A stretch of DNA of 63,999 nt, the filler included, from an uncultured Methanosarcinales archaeon (lineage in GTDB: Archaea > Nanobdellota > Nanobdellia > Woesearchaeales > CAYXTQ01): NCBI GenBank assembly GCA_964608065.1. It is 4 parts of 4 records of this genome, joined end to end, with 100 filler letters (N's around TTAATTAATTAA, not from the genome) between each part and the next. Parts side by side here need not be neighbours in the genome. Positions count along the whole stretch, not along the records: positions 1 to 21,164 come from CAZSMA010000014.1; 3 more parts are not named here. One strand, written 5' to 3'. The notes beneath the pieces were generated by a model. The model was not told the origin of the DNA, made no database searches, and saw nothing but the letters and a program-made list of their open reading frames with translations. A program made the position numbers and the translations under genes. Positions 10,232-20,439 of this stretch are shown here, in pieces. How positions within the stretch are numbered: position 1 is the stretch's first letter; every line of letters begins with the position of its first letter.

Positions 10232-12133
10232 TTACTTTTTATTCTTCTTTTTATCTCCTTTTACTTCGTATTCTGCATCAACAACATTGTCGTCTTTTTG
10301 TTCTTGCTTTGCACTTTGTTTTTCTTGTTTTTTAGCTTGTTCTTCTGCAACTTTCTTATATAATTCTTCAGATATTTTCTGGAACTTTGCAGTTAAGTCA
10401 TCTTTAGATTTCTTTATTGTCTCATAGTTCTTTTCTTTATCTTTCAATAACTCTTTCAGTGCTTCAATGTCTTTCTTAATAGGTTCTAATTGTTTTTTGT
10501 CAACTTTGTCACCCATGTCTTTTATTGTCTTGTCATACTGGAACACTAAGGTTTCAGCTTCATTAAGGACTTCTGCTTTTTCCTGTTTTTTCTTGTCTTC
10601 ATCAGCATGTGATTCTGCTTCTTTTCTCATTTTTTCTACTTCTTCTTCACTTAATTTCTGAGATGCTGTTATCTTAATAGACTGCTCTTTGCCTGTTCCT
10701 AAATCTTTAGCTGAGACATGAATTATTCCGTTTGCATCAATGTCAAATGTGACTTCAATTTGAGGAACACCTCTAGATGCTGGCGGAATTCCAACTAAAT
10801 CAAATCTTCCTAATGATTTATTGTCAGTAGCCATTGGTCTTTCACCCTGCAGGACATTGATTGTTACAGCTGGCTGGTTGTCTGCAGCAGTACTGAAAAC
10901 CTGACTTTTTTTTGTTGGTATTGTAGTGTTTCTTTCAATCAATTTAGTTCTTACACCACCTAGTGTTTCTATACCTAGTGTCAATGGTGTAACATCTAAT
11001 AGCAAAACATCTTTTACTTCTCCAGCTAAAACTCCTGCCTGTACTGCAGCTCCATGAGCAACACATTCCATAGGATCTACTCCTCGTTCTGCCTTTTTTC
11101 CAACAATGTCTTCAACAAACTTTCTGACAATTGGCATTCTTGTTGGACCACCAACTAGGATTATTTTGTCAATGTTTTTTGCTGTTAATTTTGCATCTTT
11201 CAGAACTTGTTCAAGAGGCTTAGAGCATTTCTTGATTATTGGCTCAACTAATTGATCAAGCTTAGCTCTTGTCAATTTCATTGTAAGATGCTTTGGATTA
11301 CCACCTGCCTGAGTTATAAATGGCAAGTTAATGTCTGTCTCCATTGTAGTTGATAACTCAATCTTTGCTTTTTCAGCAGCTTCACGTAAACGCTGCATTG
11401 CAGTGTCATCTTCACTTATATCAACACCTTCTTTATCTTTGAAGTCTTTAACAATAAAGTTCATTATAGTGTCATCCATGTCTGTTCCACCAAGCTGTGT
11501 GTCACCAGATGTAGATTTGACTTCAAAAACACCGTCTCCGAAGTCCATCATTGTGACATCTAATGTTCCACCTCCAAAGTCAAACACCAGAATCTTCAGC
11601 TCTTTCCCTGATTTATCCAAGCCATAAGCCATTGAAGCTGCTGTAGGTTCATTGACTAATCTAACAACGTCTAGTCCTGCTATTGTTCCAGCATCTTTTG
11701 TAGCTTGTCTTTGATCATCATCAAAATAAGCTGGCACTGTTATAACTGCCTTATTTACAGGTTCTCCAATAAACTCTTCTGCGTCTTTTTTTATCTTTTG
11801 CAGTAAAAACGCAGATAATTGCTGCGGAGTGTATTCTTTGTCACTTACTTTATACTTGAAACTTGTGCCCATCTTTCTTTTGAATGCGCTGAAAGTTCCT
11901 TCTGGATTGCTTACTGCCTGTCTTCTAGCTGGTTCTCCAACTAGTTTATGGCCTTGTTTTGTGAAAGCGACTACTGAAGGAAATGCTTTTCCATATTGTG
12001 TAGTACCTTCTGCTGATGGAACTATTGTTGGCTTTCCAGCCTGCAAGACAGCTGCTGCTGAATTGCTTGTTCCCAAATCTATCCCAATAATTTTTTCTTT
12101 TTTAGTTTGATTTTTTGTTTTCATATTAACCAC
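10232..12133 (-). CDS. dnaK: Chaperone DnaK (Hsp70)
   Basis: [45 protein letters not shown]. Confidence 0.98.
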   Translation of the reverse strand: MVNMKTKNQTKKEKIIGIDLGTSNSAAAVLQAGKPTIVPSAEGTTQYGKAFPSVVAFTKQGHKLVGEPARRQAVSNPEGTFSAFKRKMGTSFKYKVSDKEYTPQQLSAFLLQKIKKDAEEFIGEPVNKAVITVPAYFDDDQRQATKDAGTIAGLDVVRLVNEPTAASMAYGLDKSGKELKILVFDFGGGTLDVTMMDFGDGVFEVKSTSGDTQLGGTDMDDTIMNFIVKDFKDKEGVDISEDDTAMQRLREAAEKAKIELSTTMETDINLPFITQAGGNPKHLTMKLTRAKLDQLVEPIIKKCSKPLEQVLKDAKLTAKNIDKIILVGGPTRMPIVRKFVEDIVGKKAERGVDPMECVAHGAAVQAGVLAGEVKDVLLLDVTPLTLGIETLGGVRTKLIERNTTIPTKKSQVFSTAADNQPAVTINVLQGERPMATDNKSLGRFDLVGIPPASRGVPQIEVTFDIDANGIIHVSAKDLGTGKEQSIKITASQKLSEEEVEKMRKEAESHADEDKKKQEKAEVLNEAETLVFQYDKTIKDMGDKVDKKQLEPIKKDIEALKELLKDKEKNYETIKKSKDDLTAKFQKISEELYKKVAEEQAKKQEKQSAKQEQKDDNVVDAEYEVKGDKKKNKK

Positions 12134-12142
12134 CCTCCTGGT

Positions 12143-12511
12143 TTATCCTAAATATGTTGGAATTTGTTTTTCATTTGTATCTTTACTTTTCTTTTTTCTT
12201 TTCTTTTCAAATATTTCCAGAGCTTTTGGCTTTTCAATCTTGCCAAACTCTTTTTCATATTTTTTTACAATCTTATTCAGTAATTCTGAAATGCGTTTTG
12301 CATGATATGGCTCGATAATCACAACATTATGATCTATAGTTACAGTTGGAGCTTCCTTGCTTCTTGGGTCAACTCTTGGTGTAATACATTTAAAGTCAAA
12401 TATAAACTGTGTTGGATTGAAATTAACAGCAGTCTCATGACTGAAAAATACCTGTCCATCTCTGATGTTTACATTCATTTTTTTTCTTTCTTCCATTTTT
12501 AATTCCTCCAA
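12143..12511 (-). CDS. DUF3467-like protein
   Basis: FFSHETAV...FIFDF...VVIIEPYHAKRISELL...YEKEFGKI pattern. Confidence 0.65.
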   Translation of the reverse strand: MEELKMEERKKMNVNIRDGQVFFSHETAVNFNPTQFIFDFKCITPRVDPRSKEAPTVTIDHNVVIIEPYHAKRISELLNKIVKKYEKEFGKIEKPKALEIFEKKRKKKSKDTNEKQIPTYLG

Positions 12512-12879
12512 TAATCTTTTATTATTTTTTTATGATTAAATCCTAATTGCATTTCTTTTATTTGATCTTGAGTAAACCAGTCAAAAGCTGTATGCTCTTT
12601 ACTTAATTTAACATTCCCCTTCTTTTTGCCTGCAAAAAATGATGCTGAAGCATGCCATACTTCTTCTTCAAAATCCTCTTCATCTTCTTTCAAAAATTTT
12701 GGTTCAAAATCCAGACCAGTTTCTTCTTTTACTTCTCTAATAACAGCCTGTTCTGCTGTTTCTCCCTGGTCAATATGACCTCCAGGTAATCCCCAATAAT
12801 TATTGAAAGGCTTGTGGTTTCTTTTCATAAGCAATATTTTTCCATTATCTTCTATAATTGCTCCAACTGTTTTTTTCAT
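12499..12879 (-). CDS. NUDIX hydrolase
   Basis: Nudix box GGHIDQGETAEQAVIREVKEETG. Confidence 0.92.
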   Translation of the reverse strand: MKKTVGAIIEDNGKILLMKRNHKPFNNYWGLPGGHIDQGETAEQAVIREVKEETGLDFEPKFLKEDEEDFEEEVWHASASFFAGKKKGNVKLSKEHTAFDWFTQDQIKEMQLGFNHKKIIKDYWRN

Positions 12880-13556
12880 TCTAATAATTCAATTATTTTA
12901 TCGTGAAATTTATTATTAGATGAAACTAGATTGTCTGAATCAATTCTCCATGGGTTTCCGTTCATCTCAGTAACTTTACCTCCAGCTTCTTCTACAATCA
13001 AAGCACCAGCAGCAAAATCCCAAGGATGTGTTTTTACTAAAATTCCTACATCAGCTCTTCCTGAAGCAACATATGCTAAATTCATAGTTGCACAACCGAA
13101 AATCCTTGCTTTGCTGATATGCTCTACTAAATTACTGAACAATTTTAGTTTGTATTCTTTTTCTCCTCCACCAAAATGAGCGTCAAAAATCATCACATTA
13201 TGATTCTTAAAACCTTTTTCAGATACACTAATTTTTTTATTATTCAAAAATGCACCTTTTCCTTTTTCAGCTATATATAACTCATCAAGTATAGGAAAGT
13301 ACATTACACCAAGTATTACTTCACCTTTGTGTGCAAGTGCAATAGAAACACTAAAATGAGGCATTTCATGGATAAAGTTATGGGTTCCGTCAAGTGGATC
13401 AACTATCCAGATATATTCTGATTCTTTATCATGTTTTCCTGATTCTTCTATTAAGATATCATGTTCAGGATATTTTTCTTTGATTTTTTTTACAATAAAA
13501 TTATCTACTTGCTTGTCTATTTCTGTGACTAACTCTGTCTTTGACTTTTCTTCATA
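12876..13556 (-). CDS. Inositol monophosphatase / FBPase family (5' end lost in gap)
   Basis: Frame continues upstream of the listed ORF to the gap: WIVDPLDGTHNF, WDFAAGALIVEEAGG. Confidence 0.9.
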   Translation of the reverse strand, partial: YEEKSKTELVTEIDKQVDNFIVKKIKEKYPEHDILIEESGKHDKESEYIWIVDPLDGTHNFIHEMPHFSVSIALAHKGEVILGVMYFPILDELYIAEKGKGAFLNNKKISVSEKGFKNHNVMIFDAHFGGGEKEYKLKLFSNLVEHISKARIFGCATMNLAYVASGRADVGILVKTHPWDFAAGALIVEEAGGKVTEMNGNPWRIDSDNLVSSNNKFHDKIIELLE

Positions 13557-13699
13557 NNNNNNNNNNNNNNNNNNNNNNNNNNNNNNNNNNNNNNNNNNNN
13601 NNNNNNNNNNNNNNNNNNNNNNNNNNNNNNNNNNNNNNNNNNNNNNNNNNNNNNNNAAAAGAGGTGTTCTTTAAAACCTGCCCGCTTATCTAATCAATA

Positions 13700-14221
13700 T
13701 TATTTGAGTATTTTATAATCCAATATTTTGTTTAACATTTCTTTGTCTTTAACTAAATCTTTTAATTCTCCACCCTGGAGTGTGCTGTTTGTTTTCAGAA
13801 AAGTTGCATACTGTCTGATGGATTCTGCATCGCTTGGGTTAACAAAATAATTCAGTGTAAACCACAAGTTTAACTGGTTTCCATAAGATTTGCATGTTCC
13901 AATTTTGCAATAAATAGGCTTTACACCCTGCAGCATGCATCTTTCTTCTTTGTCTAAAAATAAACACGGAGCATAAGGTTTACTGGATTTTTCTTTTTTT
14001 ATTCTGAAATGTTTTGTGTTGAATTTTTCAAACTCTTCAAGATATTTTTCTTTGAACTCTTCTGGTGAAATCTTCAGAAGTTTTGCGATTTTTGGAATAT
14101 CTTCTTTAATTACAATAGCGCCGCCAAATTCACAGCAATGTGTGCAAGTATGACAGTCTGTCTGAGCTAATTTTAAAACAGTTTCTTTTGGAGTGTTTTT
14201 TTTTATGATAAAATCCCTCAT
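13700..14221 (-). CDS. YkgJ-family Cys-cluster (Fe-S/Zn) protein
   Basis: CxxCxxCC, PCLFL, C..KPIYC. Confidence 0.75.
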   Translation of the reverse strand: MRDFIIKKNTPKETVLKLAQTDCHTCTHCCEFGGAIVIKEDIPKIAKLLKISPEEFKEKYLEEFEKFNTKHFRIKKEKSSKPYAPCLFLDKEERCMLQGVKPIYCKIGTCKSYGNQLNLWFTLNYFVNPSDAESIRQYATFLKTNSTLQGGELKDLVKDKEMLNKILDYKILK

Positions 14222-14691
14222 TTTTTTACCTCTTTTTCTTTTTTTATTCCAATCTTAACTTTAGTATGTCTTATTACTTTGTCATTCAGCATATATCCTT
14301 TTTGAAGTTCTTCTAAAACAATATGGTCTTTATCGCTTTCTTCTTTTAGTAATACTTCATGTTTATAAGGATCACATTCTTTTCCTAGTGCTTGTATTGG
14401 CTTAATGCCTTCTGCTTGTAAAATATTGTATAATTGGCTGTAAATCAGTTCAATTCCTTTTAGAAACTCTTCTTTTTTTGTTTCTTTGTTCCTGAATGCA
14501 AGCTCAAAACTGTCTAATATTGGCAATAAATGGATTATTAATGATGCAGATGCGTATTTTTTAAAATCGCAGTTCTGTTTTTCAATATGTTTTTTGTAAT
14601 TTTCAAACTCTGCCTGCAGTCTTTGTAATGTTTCTGTTAATTCTTTTATTTTTTGGTCCTTAGGGTCGATTTTTTCTTGTTTTTTTTTCAT
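14218..14691 (-). CDS. grpE: Nucleotide exchange factor GrpE
   Basis: RLQAEFENYKK, LLPILDSFE, DPYKHE, QKGYMLNDKVIR. Confidence 0.95.
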   Translation of the reverse strand: MKKKQEKIDPKDQKIKELTETLQRLQAEFENYKKHIEKQNCDFKKYASASLIIHLLPILDSFELAFRNKETKKEEFLKGIELIYSQLYNILQAEGIKPIQALGKECDPYKHEVLLKEESDKDHIVLEELQKGYMLNDKVIRHTKVKIGIKKEKEVKK

Positions 14692-14692
14692 G

Positions 14693-14740
14693 GTTAAAAT
14701 TCCTCAATTTTTACCTTGAAAATATTAAAATATTTTCATT
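14693..14740. repeat. GAAAAT-hairpin family copy in the grpE 5' region
   Basis: TGAAAATAT-TAAA-ATATTTTCA; aligns with 45003-45057. Confidence 0.65.
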
Positions 14741-14870
14741 GTTATCATTCCGCTTTGTTGATTTAAAGTCAACAGAGAGGAAATAAAGTCAACTAGTATT
14801 TAAATATTTGTATGCTTTAGTATATAAATAAACCAAATGTTTATATATTTGCTATGATTAAATCTTTGTA

Positions 14871-15281
14871 ATGAGATTTATTCATAGGAAGATTACAATA
14901 ATAAATATAAGAAAGCCAGTAACAAATAATGTTAATCAGGAACTGCAATGGTTTGGAACTTCTTTAGGATTGTTTAATTTAAGAGACAGGGATAAAAGCT
15001 GTTTTAGGATATTTATTGAGCTGTTGAAAGCTGCAAAATCAAGGAGGCCATTGAAATCAGATGATATAGCAATAAGGTCTCATTTGAGCAGAGGAACTGT
15101 CATACATCATATAAACAGGTTAATGGAGTCTGGGATTGTAGTTAGTGATGGTAAGAAGTATATGCTTAGGGTTGATAATCTAAAAGCACTTATAAGTGAA
15201 GTTGAAAAGGATATTAAAAGAGCATGCGATGATCTTAAAGATATTGCTTCTGAAATTGATGATAGGTTAGGGTTGGAGTAG
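14871..15281 (+). CDS. Winged-HTH transcriptional regulator (ArsR-like), divergent from the grpE-dnaK-dnaJ cluster
   Basis: HTH SDDIAIRSHLSRGTVIHHINRLMESGIV, C-terminal coiled coil. Confidence 0.8.
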   Translation: MRFIHRKITIINIRKPVTNNVNQELQWFGTSLGLFNLRDRDKSCFRIFIELLKAAKSRRPLKSDDIAIRSHLSRGTVIHHINRLMESGIVVSDGKKYMLRVDNLKALISEVEKDIKRACDDLKDIASEIDDRLGLE

Positions 15282-15317
15282 TAAATTATTTATATACTAA
15301 CTCTATAATACAAAAAA

Positions 15318-16673
15318 ATGATGAAAAAAGTAACACTATTTTTAGTAATATTTTTACTAATTCCATCTGTTTTTGCAAGTGTAAGTGTGACTATATACCA
15401 ATCAGAGTTTAATCTTGGGGATAAGTTAAGTGCAGATGTTGAAATTAATGAGGAAGATGATTTAGTAAATGGATTCTTTAGATTAAGCGTTGTTTGTGAT
15501 GGGCATAATACTCTAAAATATTATAAAGAGATAAATTTATGGGCAGATGAAATAAAAAAAATTAAGATTCAGGGTGGACTTTTATTTGAGGATTTAATTG
15601 GAGAGTGTTATCTTGATGGTGTTTTGGAGTCATCAAGAGGAGATACAATAGACCAGGGAGCATCTGCTTTGTTTGTTGTGAGCAATGCATTAGATATATT
15701 TTTGTTACAAAGCTCGTTTACAGTAAATCCAGGAGAAGAGATTAATCTTAATGGTGCTGTGAAAAAAACAAATGGTGACAATGCAGATAATGCTGAAATA
15801 ACTTTGGTATTAGATGAGAAAACACAATCATTTTCAGTAAGTAGAGGAGTTATTGATTATAATATGAAAGTTCCAGCTGATATCAAATCACAAATTCATT
15901 ATATGGATATTATAGCAGAAGATGAACATGGAAATAATGGAAAAGAGGTTGTAGAGCTGAATGTTAATCCTGTTGCAACAACAATACAGATTATACTGAA
16001 TAAGGAATTGTTTATACCTTCTGAAACTTTGCAAGTAGAAATAACTATTTTAGACCAGGCAGGAGATTTTATGGATGGAGTAGTTAATTTTGAGATAATC
16101 AATCCTGAAAATGGTAAGATACATTTAGAAGAAGTCAGAAGCGATGGAATTGTACAGTACAATTTTGAACAAAATGCTATGCCTGGCAAATATGAATTAA
16201 GAAGTTTTATAGATAATGTTTTAAAAGAAGATATAATAATTATGCAGGAATATGAAAAGTTAGAAATAAGTCTTGAAGGAAGTGAAGTTTATGTTGAGAA
16301 TATAGGGAATATAAAGTATAATAAGAAAACTACAATTATTTTAGAAGATGAAGAGAATAATGAGTTTGTTGTCTTAAAAAGAATAAAACTTGATGTTGGA
16401 GAGTTTATGGGTTTTGATTTGTCCAGAGAAGTGCCTGACGGAAACTATTTAGTAAATCTAGGAGAAGAACTTGTAGGGGATGTTCCTATAGAAGATAACA
16501 GGAATATGTTAAAGAAAACAGAGCATGCTGTGAATAAGATAACTGGCAATGCTATTGGACCTTCAGGGTTTATGAGTACATCTCTGGCTTCGATAATTAT
16601 TTTAGCTATTATCTTAAGCATGTTAGTGTATGTGAATAGAAAGAAAATTAAGAAACTAGTAAATAAAGAGTAA
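15318..16673 (+). CDS. Secreted, C-terminally membrane-anchored beta-rich surface protein
   Basis: N-terminal signal peptide, acidic Ig-like strands, C-terminal TM helix and basic tail. Confidence 0.7.
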   Translation: MMKKVTLFLVIFLLIPSVFASVSVTIYQSEFNLGDKLSADVEINEEDDLVNGFFRLSVVCDGHNTLKYYKEINLWADEIKKIKIQGGLLFEDLIGECYLDGVLESSRGDTIDQGASALFVVSNALDIFLLQSSFTVNPGEEINLNGAVKKTNGDNADNAEITLVLDEKTQSFSVSRGVIDYNMKVPADIKSQIHYMDIIAEDEHGNNGKEVVELNVNPVATTIQIILNKELFIPSETLQVEITILDQAGDFMDGVVNFEIINPENGKIHLEEVRSDGIVQYNFEQNAMPGKYELRSFIDNVLKEDIIIMQEYEKLEISLEGSEVYVENIGNIKYNKKTTIILEDEENNEFVVLKRIKLDVGEFMGFDLSREVPDGNYLVNLGEELVGDVPIEDNRNMLKKTEHAVNKITGNAIGPSGFMSTSLASIIILAIILSMLVYVNRKKIKKLVNKE

Positions 16674-17515
16674 TGAAACTAAAAAATATAGGGGGACAAG
16701 CAGTAATAGAAGGAGTATTGATGAAATCTCCTAATTATTACAATATTTCTATTAGAAAGAAGAATAAAATTATTTCTAAGAAAGAAAAGATAAAGAAGAA
16801 ACCAAATTGGTATAAATTTTTTTTTATAAGGGGTGTTGTCAATCTATTTGAGATGCTAGCTATTGGCATTAAGGCTTTGAACTGGAGTGCAGAAAACGCA
16901 GATGGTGGAGAAGAAATAAAGAAAAAAGATATTTTTTTTACAATCTTAATTTCTTTTGCAATTGCTATTGGATTGTTTATTGTATTGCCGCTTTATCTAA
17001 CTAAATTAATACATTCTTCAAGAGGATTTATGTTTAATCTTATTGACGGAATAATTAGGATTATAATACTGATATTGTATATTTACTCTATATCACTTTT
17101 AAATGATGTAAAGACTTTATTCAAGTATCATGGAGCAGAGCATAAGGCAGTTAATTGTTATGAGGATGGTAAAATGTTAACAGTGCAGAATGCTAAGAAA
17201 TATTCTACTTTACATATGAGATGCGGTACTAGTTTTTTAATAATTGTCTTGATAATATCAATATTGGTTTTTTCATTAATTGTAAGCCCTAAAATATATG
17301 TAAAATTTTTAGGAAGGATTGTGTTATTGCCTGTGATAATTGGTTTATCTTATGAATTATTGAAGATTCTAGATAAGCATAAAGATAATAAATTTGTTAG
17401 ATTTCTAGCATTGCCAGGGTTATGGATTCAGGGAATAACAACTAAAGAGCCGACTGATAAGCAGTTAGAAGTTGCTTTAATTTCTTTAAAGAATGTTTTA
17501 AAGTTAGAGAAATAA
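16673..17515 (+). CDS. DUF1385 family membrane protein
   Basis: IGGQAVIEGV, YHGAEHK, HMRCGTSF, TTKEP. Confidence 0.9.
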   Translation: MKLKNIGGQAVIEGVLMKSPNYYNISIRKKNKIISKKEKIKKKPNWYKFFFIRGVVNLFEMLAIGIKALNWSAENADGGEEIKKKDIFFTILISFAIAIGLFIVLPLYLTKLIHSSRGFMFNLIDGIIRIIILILYIYSISLLNDVKTLFKYHGAEHKAVNCYEDGKMLTVQNAKKYSTLHMRCGTSFLIIVLIISILVFSLIVSPKIYVKFLGRIVLLPVIIGLSYELLKILDKHKDNKFVRFLALPGLWIQGITTKEPTDKQLEVALISLKNVLKLEK

Positions 17516-17526
17516 AAAAAAAAAAA

Positions 17527-17643
17527 TTAGGGTTCATCAATTTCTTCATCATAATACTCTCTATCTTCTATTTTGTCACCACTGTCTTCATCAGCTAAAT
17601 ATCTCTCATCATCTTCATCTATCTTTTCCTCTTCTTCAATCAT
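17527..17643 (-). CDS. 38-aa highly acidic small protein
   Basis: MIEEEEKIDEDDERYLADEDSGDKIEDREYYDEEIDEP, preceded by GAGAGG SD; not in ORF track. Confidence 0.5.
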   Translation of the reverse strand: MIEEEEKIDEDDERYLADEDSGDKIEDREYYDEEIDEP

Positions 17644-17728
17644 CCTCTCATCCCCTGATTTTTAAAACAGGAAAGTTATACTTGTATATATAGTTTTCTG
17701 TGGTTTAGAAGTTAGTTTTTTTTTATTA

Positions 17729-18238
17729 TTAAAGGATTTTTAATCTATTGTTAATCTTTTCTAATGAATTATATAGAATATCATATTTTTCTGACTGAGA
17801 TAATAAATCAGCAGCTTCTTCAATTTTTTCATAAGATATATTTAAACAATAATGATTAGTTGTTTTTTTTATTAGTGCTTCTGCCTTTGATATTTTTTTT
17901 TTTTTAAATTTTTTAGTGCTTTCATCGAATTTATCGCCTTTCCATAAATTATGTGTAAATTTACGTCCTATAATGTGTTGTAGTATATATTTATCAAGTA
18001 TCTTTGATTTCTTGTGAGTCCTATCCCAATTTAAAAAATCTTTTTTAATATTATATTTTTTATCAAAAGATTCAATAACATCATTTATTGTTTTACCTAT
18101 ATTATAATATTGATTATGTGCCCAATTGTAATCTCTTTTTTTTCCGGATTTAAGTGCAAATTCTAAAGCATTTAATGCAGAATATGTATGCTCTTCAAGT
18201 GAGCTAATTTGATCTTTAGTTAATTCTAAAGCTTTCAT
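17729..18238 (-). CDS. Hypothetical protein
   Basis: 169-aa ORF with an upstream TTTAAATA box. Confidence 0.55.
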   Translation of the reverse strand: MKALELTKDQISSLEEHTYSALNALEFALKSGKKRDYNWAHNQYYNIGKTINDVIESFDKKYNIKKDFLNWDRTHKKSKILDKYILQHIIGRKFTHNLWKGDKFDESTKKFKKKKISKAEALIKKTTNHYCLNISYEKIEEAADLLSQSEKYDILYNSLEKINNRLKIL

Positions 18239-18330
18239 AAATTAGTTAAAATTCAAAGAAAGTATTTAAATCTTTCTATTAATTACTACTCTATAGAAGT
18301 TATAAATAAAAAGAAGCAAAAAAAAAAAAA

Positions 18331-18906
18331 TTAATGTCTTCTTAGGTTAGCTCTTCTGCTTGGTCTTATTTTTTCAGCGCCTTTGCCTTTATTTGAAAGA
18401 CCCCTGGACTTTCTTCCAGCAGAAGTTAAGCCTCTGAATGATCTTCCTTTATGTTGTTTTTCTGCTATCCAGTTGATTCTGTCATCTGCTAATATAGAAG
18501 GATTTGCTTTGTCTATCAAGATAACTTCATACCAGAAATAATTTCCGTCTTCTGCTACATAGTAGCTGTTAAGAACTTCTAAATTTGGGAATTTACTTAC
18601 AGCTCTACTTTCTGCAACAACCTGGTAACTTATTCTTAGGTCTTTTCTTCTGGAGGTTCTTTTTGGCCTTCTTCCTTTAATACCACCTTCCTTCATCCTT
18701 CCGCCTCTGTTAACTCTTTGTCTTATTACAATATAACCTTGTTTAGCTTTATACCCTAAAGAACGAGCTCTGTCCAATCTTGTTGGTTTAGGTATTCTTA
18801 AAGTAACTGGCTGTTGTCTCCATTCAATTAATCTCTGCTGCCATAATCCTTTTAAAGTTTCTCTTGGTTTTTTCCAAGCTTCTCTGATATATTTATACAT
18901 TCCCAT
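18331..18906 (-). CDS. rpl15e: 50S ribosomal protein L15e
   Basis: [44 protein letters not shown]. Confidence 0.98.
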   Translation of the reverse strand: MGMYKYIREAWKKPRETLKGLWQQRLIEWRQQPVTLRIPKPTRLDRARSLGYKAKQGYIVIRQRVNRGGRMKEGGIKGRRPKRTSRRKDLRISYQVVAESRAVSKFPNLEVLNSYYVAEDGNYFWYEVILIDKANPSILADDRINWIAEKQHKGRSFRGLTSAGRKSRGLSNKGKGAEKIRPSRRANLRRH

Positions 18907-18928
18907 TTTAAGCCTCCATTATTATTTA

Positions 18929-18967
18929 TTTAGTGTTCAGGTAAGCTACTACCCACATCCACTTTAG
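18929..18967 (-). promoter_or_regulatory. Putative eL15 ribosomal-protein leader RNA
   Basis: Minus strand GTG-GATGTG-GGTAG-TAGC-TTACC-TGAA-CAC in the rpl15e 5' UTR, resembling archaeal L15e leaders. Confidence 0.5.
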
Positions 18968-19063
18968 GTTTAGGATTGAGGTTTTGTTTAAAAAGATTGT
19001 GGTTTTTTTTTTTTAAATTGCGAATTAGATAACTATATAAAATCAAATGAAATTTGGACTGTT

Positions 19064-19729
19064 ATGGAGCAGATAGTTCATTCAATAAATGAGAGTAACT
19101 TATACAATAAGATATTGGGTAAGTTAAGAAACTATTTATCAAGTTCAAAGACAAAAGAACAGTTAAATAATAGACTTGTTTTTTTTAACAGGTTATTAAG
19201 CCCATTTATTCTAAATAATGGGCCTCGTAGGAAACAAAATACTGATGTTAATGAAAGATTAGAATTTTTGCTTGCAGAGGTTGAACAAGGACAAAGCATC
19301 GTTGATGTAGGGTGTTTTGACGGTTATTTTACTCAAAAATTGAGGGAATTTGCTTGTGAGACAGTAGGAGTTGACTGTCTTGACCAAGTATTAAACAAAA
19401 CAAGGAAAGATGATCCAGAAGGTAATTATATTTCAGGATTTGCTGAAAATTTGCCGTTAGATGATAATACGTACGATGTTGGAATTTACTCTCATGTATT
19501 AGAACATGTATTTAATCCAGAATTAACCTTGGCTGAGGCTAAAAGGGTAATAAAAAAAAATGGAAAAATCATCCTTGTTGTTCCTTATGGATTAGGATGT
19601 GATGCGAATCATTTGAGAGAATATAATAAACGAGATTTAAAAGAGTTAATTGGTAATTATTTTTCTGATATAAGATATTATAATCAGATTGGTGATGGTC
19701 ATGGGTGCACAGCAATTAATTTAAAATAA
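19064..19729 (+). CDS. Class I SAM-dependent methyltransferase
   Basis: VDVGCFDG, GVD, AENLP, HVLEHV, RVIKKNG. Confidence 0.88.
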   Translation: MEQIVHSINESNLYNKILGKLRNYLSSSKTKEQLNNRLVFFNRLLSPFILNNGPRRKQNTDVNERLEFLLAEVEQGQSIVDVGCFDGYFTQKLREFACETVGVDCLDQVLNKTRKDDPEGNYISGFAENLPLDDNTYDVGIYSHVLEHVFNPELTLAEAKRVIKKNGKIILVVPYGLGCDANHLREYNKRDLKELIGNYFSDIRYYNQIGDGHGCTAINLK

Positions 19730-19785
19730 GTTACCCATTTCTAAGTACCACAATATTTATAAGTAACTACATAATTGTTTTATTT

Positions 19786-20439
19786 ATGTGGGATAAATAT
19801 TATTCAATCTTATTGTATATTCTAGAAAAAAGTAGTTTGTTTGGTAAATTAAGGACTTCTACAGTACAATTATCAAAAGAATTAAACTCAACTCAGCAGA
19901 CAGTTTCAAGGAAATTAATAGAGATGGAGAAGAAAGGTTTGATTAAAAGGCAATTAGAAGCCAATGGTATAATATTAAGTTTAGGTGAGAAAGGAAGGGA
20001 TCATTTAAAGGAAAAATATAAGATATTAAAAAAAAACTTTGAAAGAAAAATTAATAAATTAAAAGGAACAGTAAAATCAGGAATTGGAGAAGGAAAATAT
20101 TATATGTCCTTATCCCAGTATTTAACTCAGTTTAAATCTAAATTAGGTTTTAAGCCTTATTCTGGAACATTAAATCTTAGATTAAATGATAAAACTAAAT
20201 TATTAGAATTTATTGATAACATAGAACCAATTTTAATAAATGGTTTTAAAGATAAGGAAAGGACTTATGGTTCTATAAAATGCTATAAAATTAAGATAAA
20301 AGATACAGAAGGTGCTATAATCATTCCAGAAAGAGCAACACATCCTGAAGATATAGTTGAGATAATAGCTCCAGTTTATTTAAGAGACTATTACCATCTA
20401 AAAGATAATGATATATTGGAGGTAGTTAAATATGGATAA
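19786..20439 (+). CDS. ribK: HTH-fused CTP-dependent riboflavin kinase (RbkR-type)
   Basis: N-terminal HTH (STQQTVSRKL); GTVKSGIGEGKYY, PYSGTLNL, EIIAPVYLR. Confidence 0.92.
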   Translation: MWDKYYSILLYILEKSSLFGKLRTSTVQLSKELNSTQQTVSRKLIEMEKKGLIKRQLEANGIILSLGEKGRDHLKEKYKILKKNFERKINKLKGTVKSGIGEGKYYMSLSQYLTQFKSKLGFKPYSGTLNLRLNDKTKLLEFIDNIEPILINGFKDKERTYGSIKCYKIKIKDTEGAIIIPERATHPEDIVEIIAPVYLRDYYHLKDNDILEVVKYG

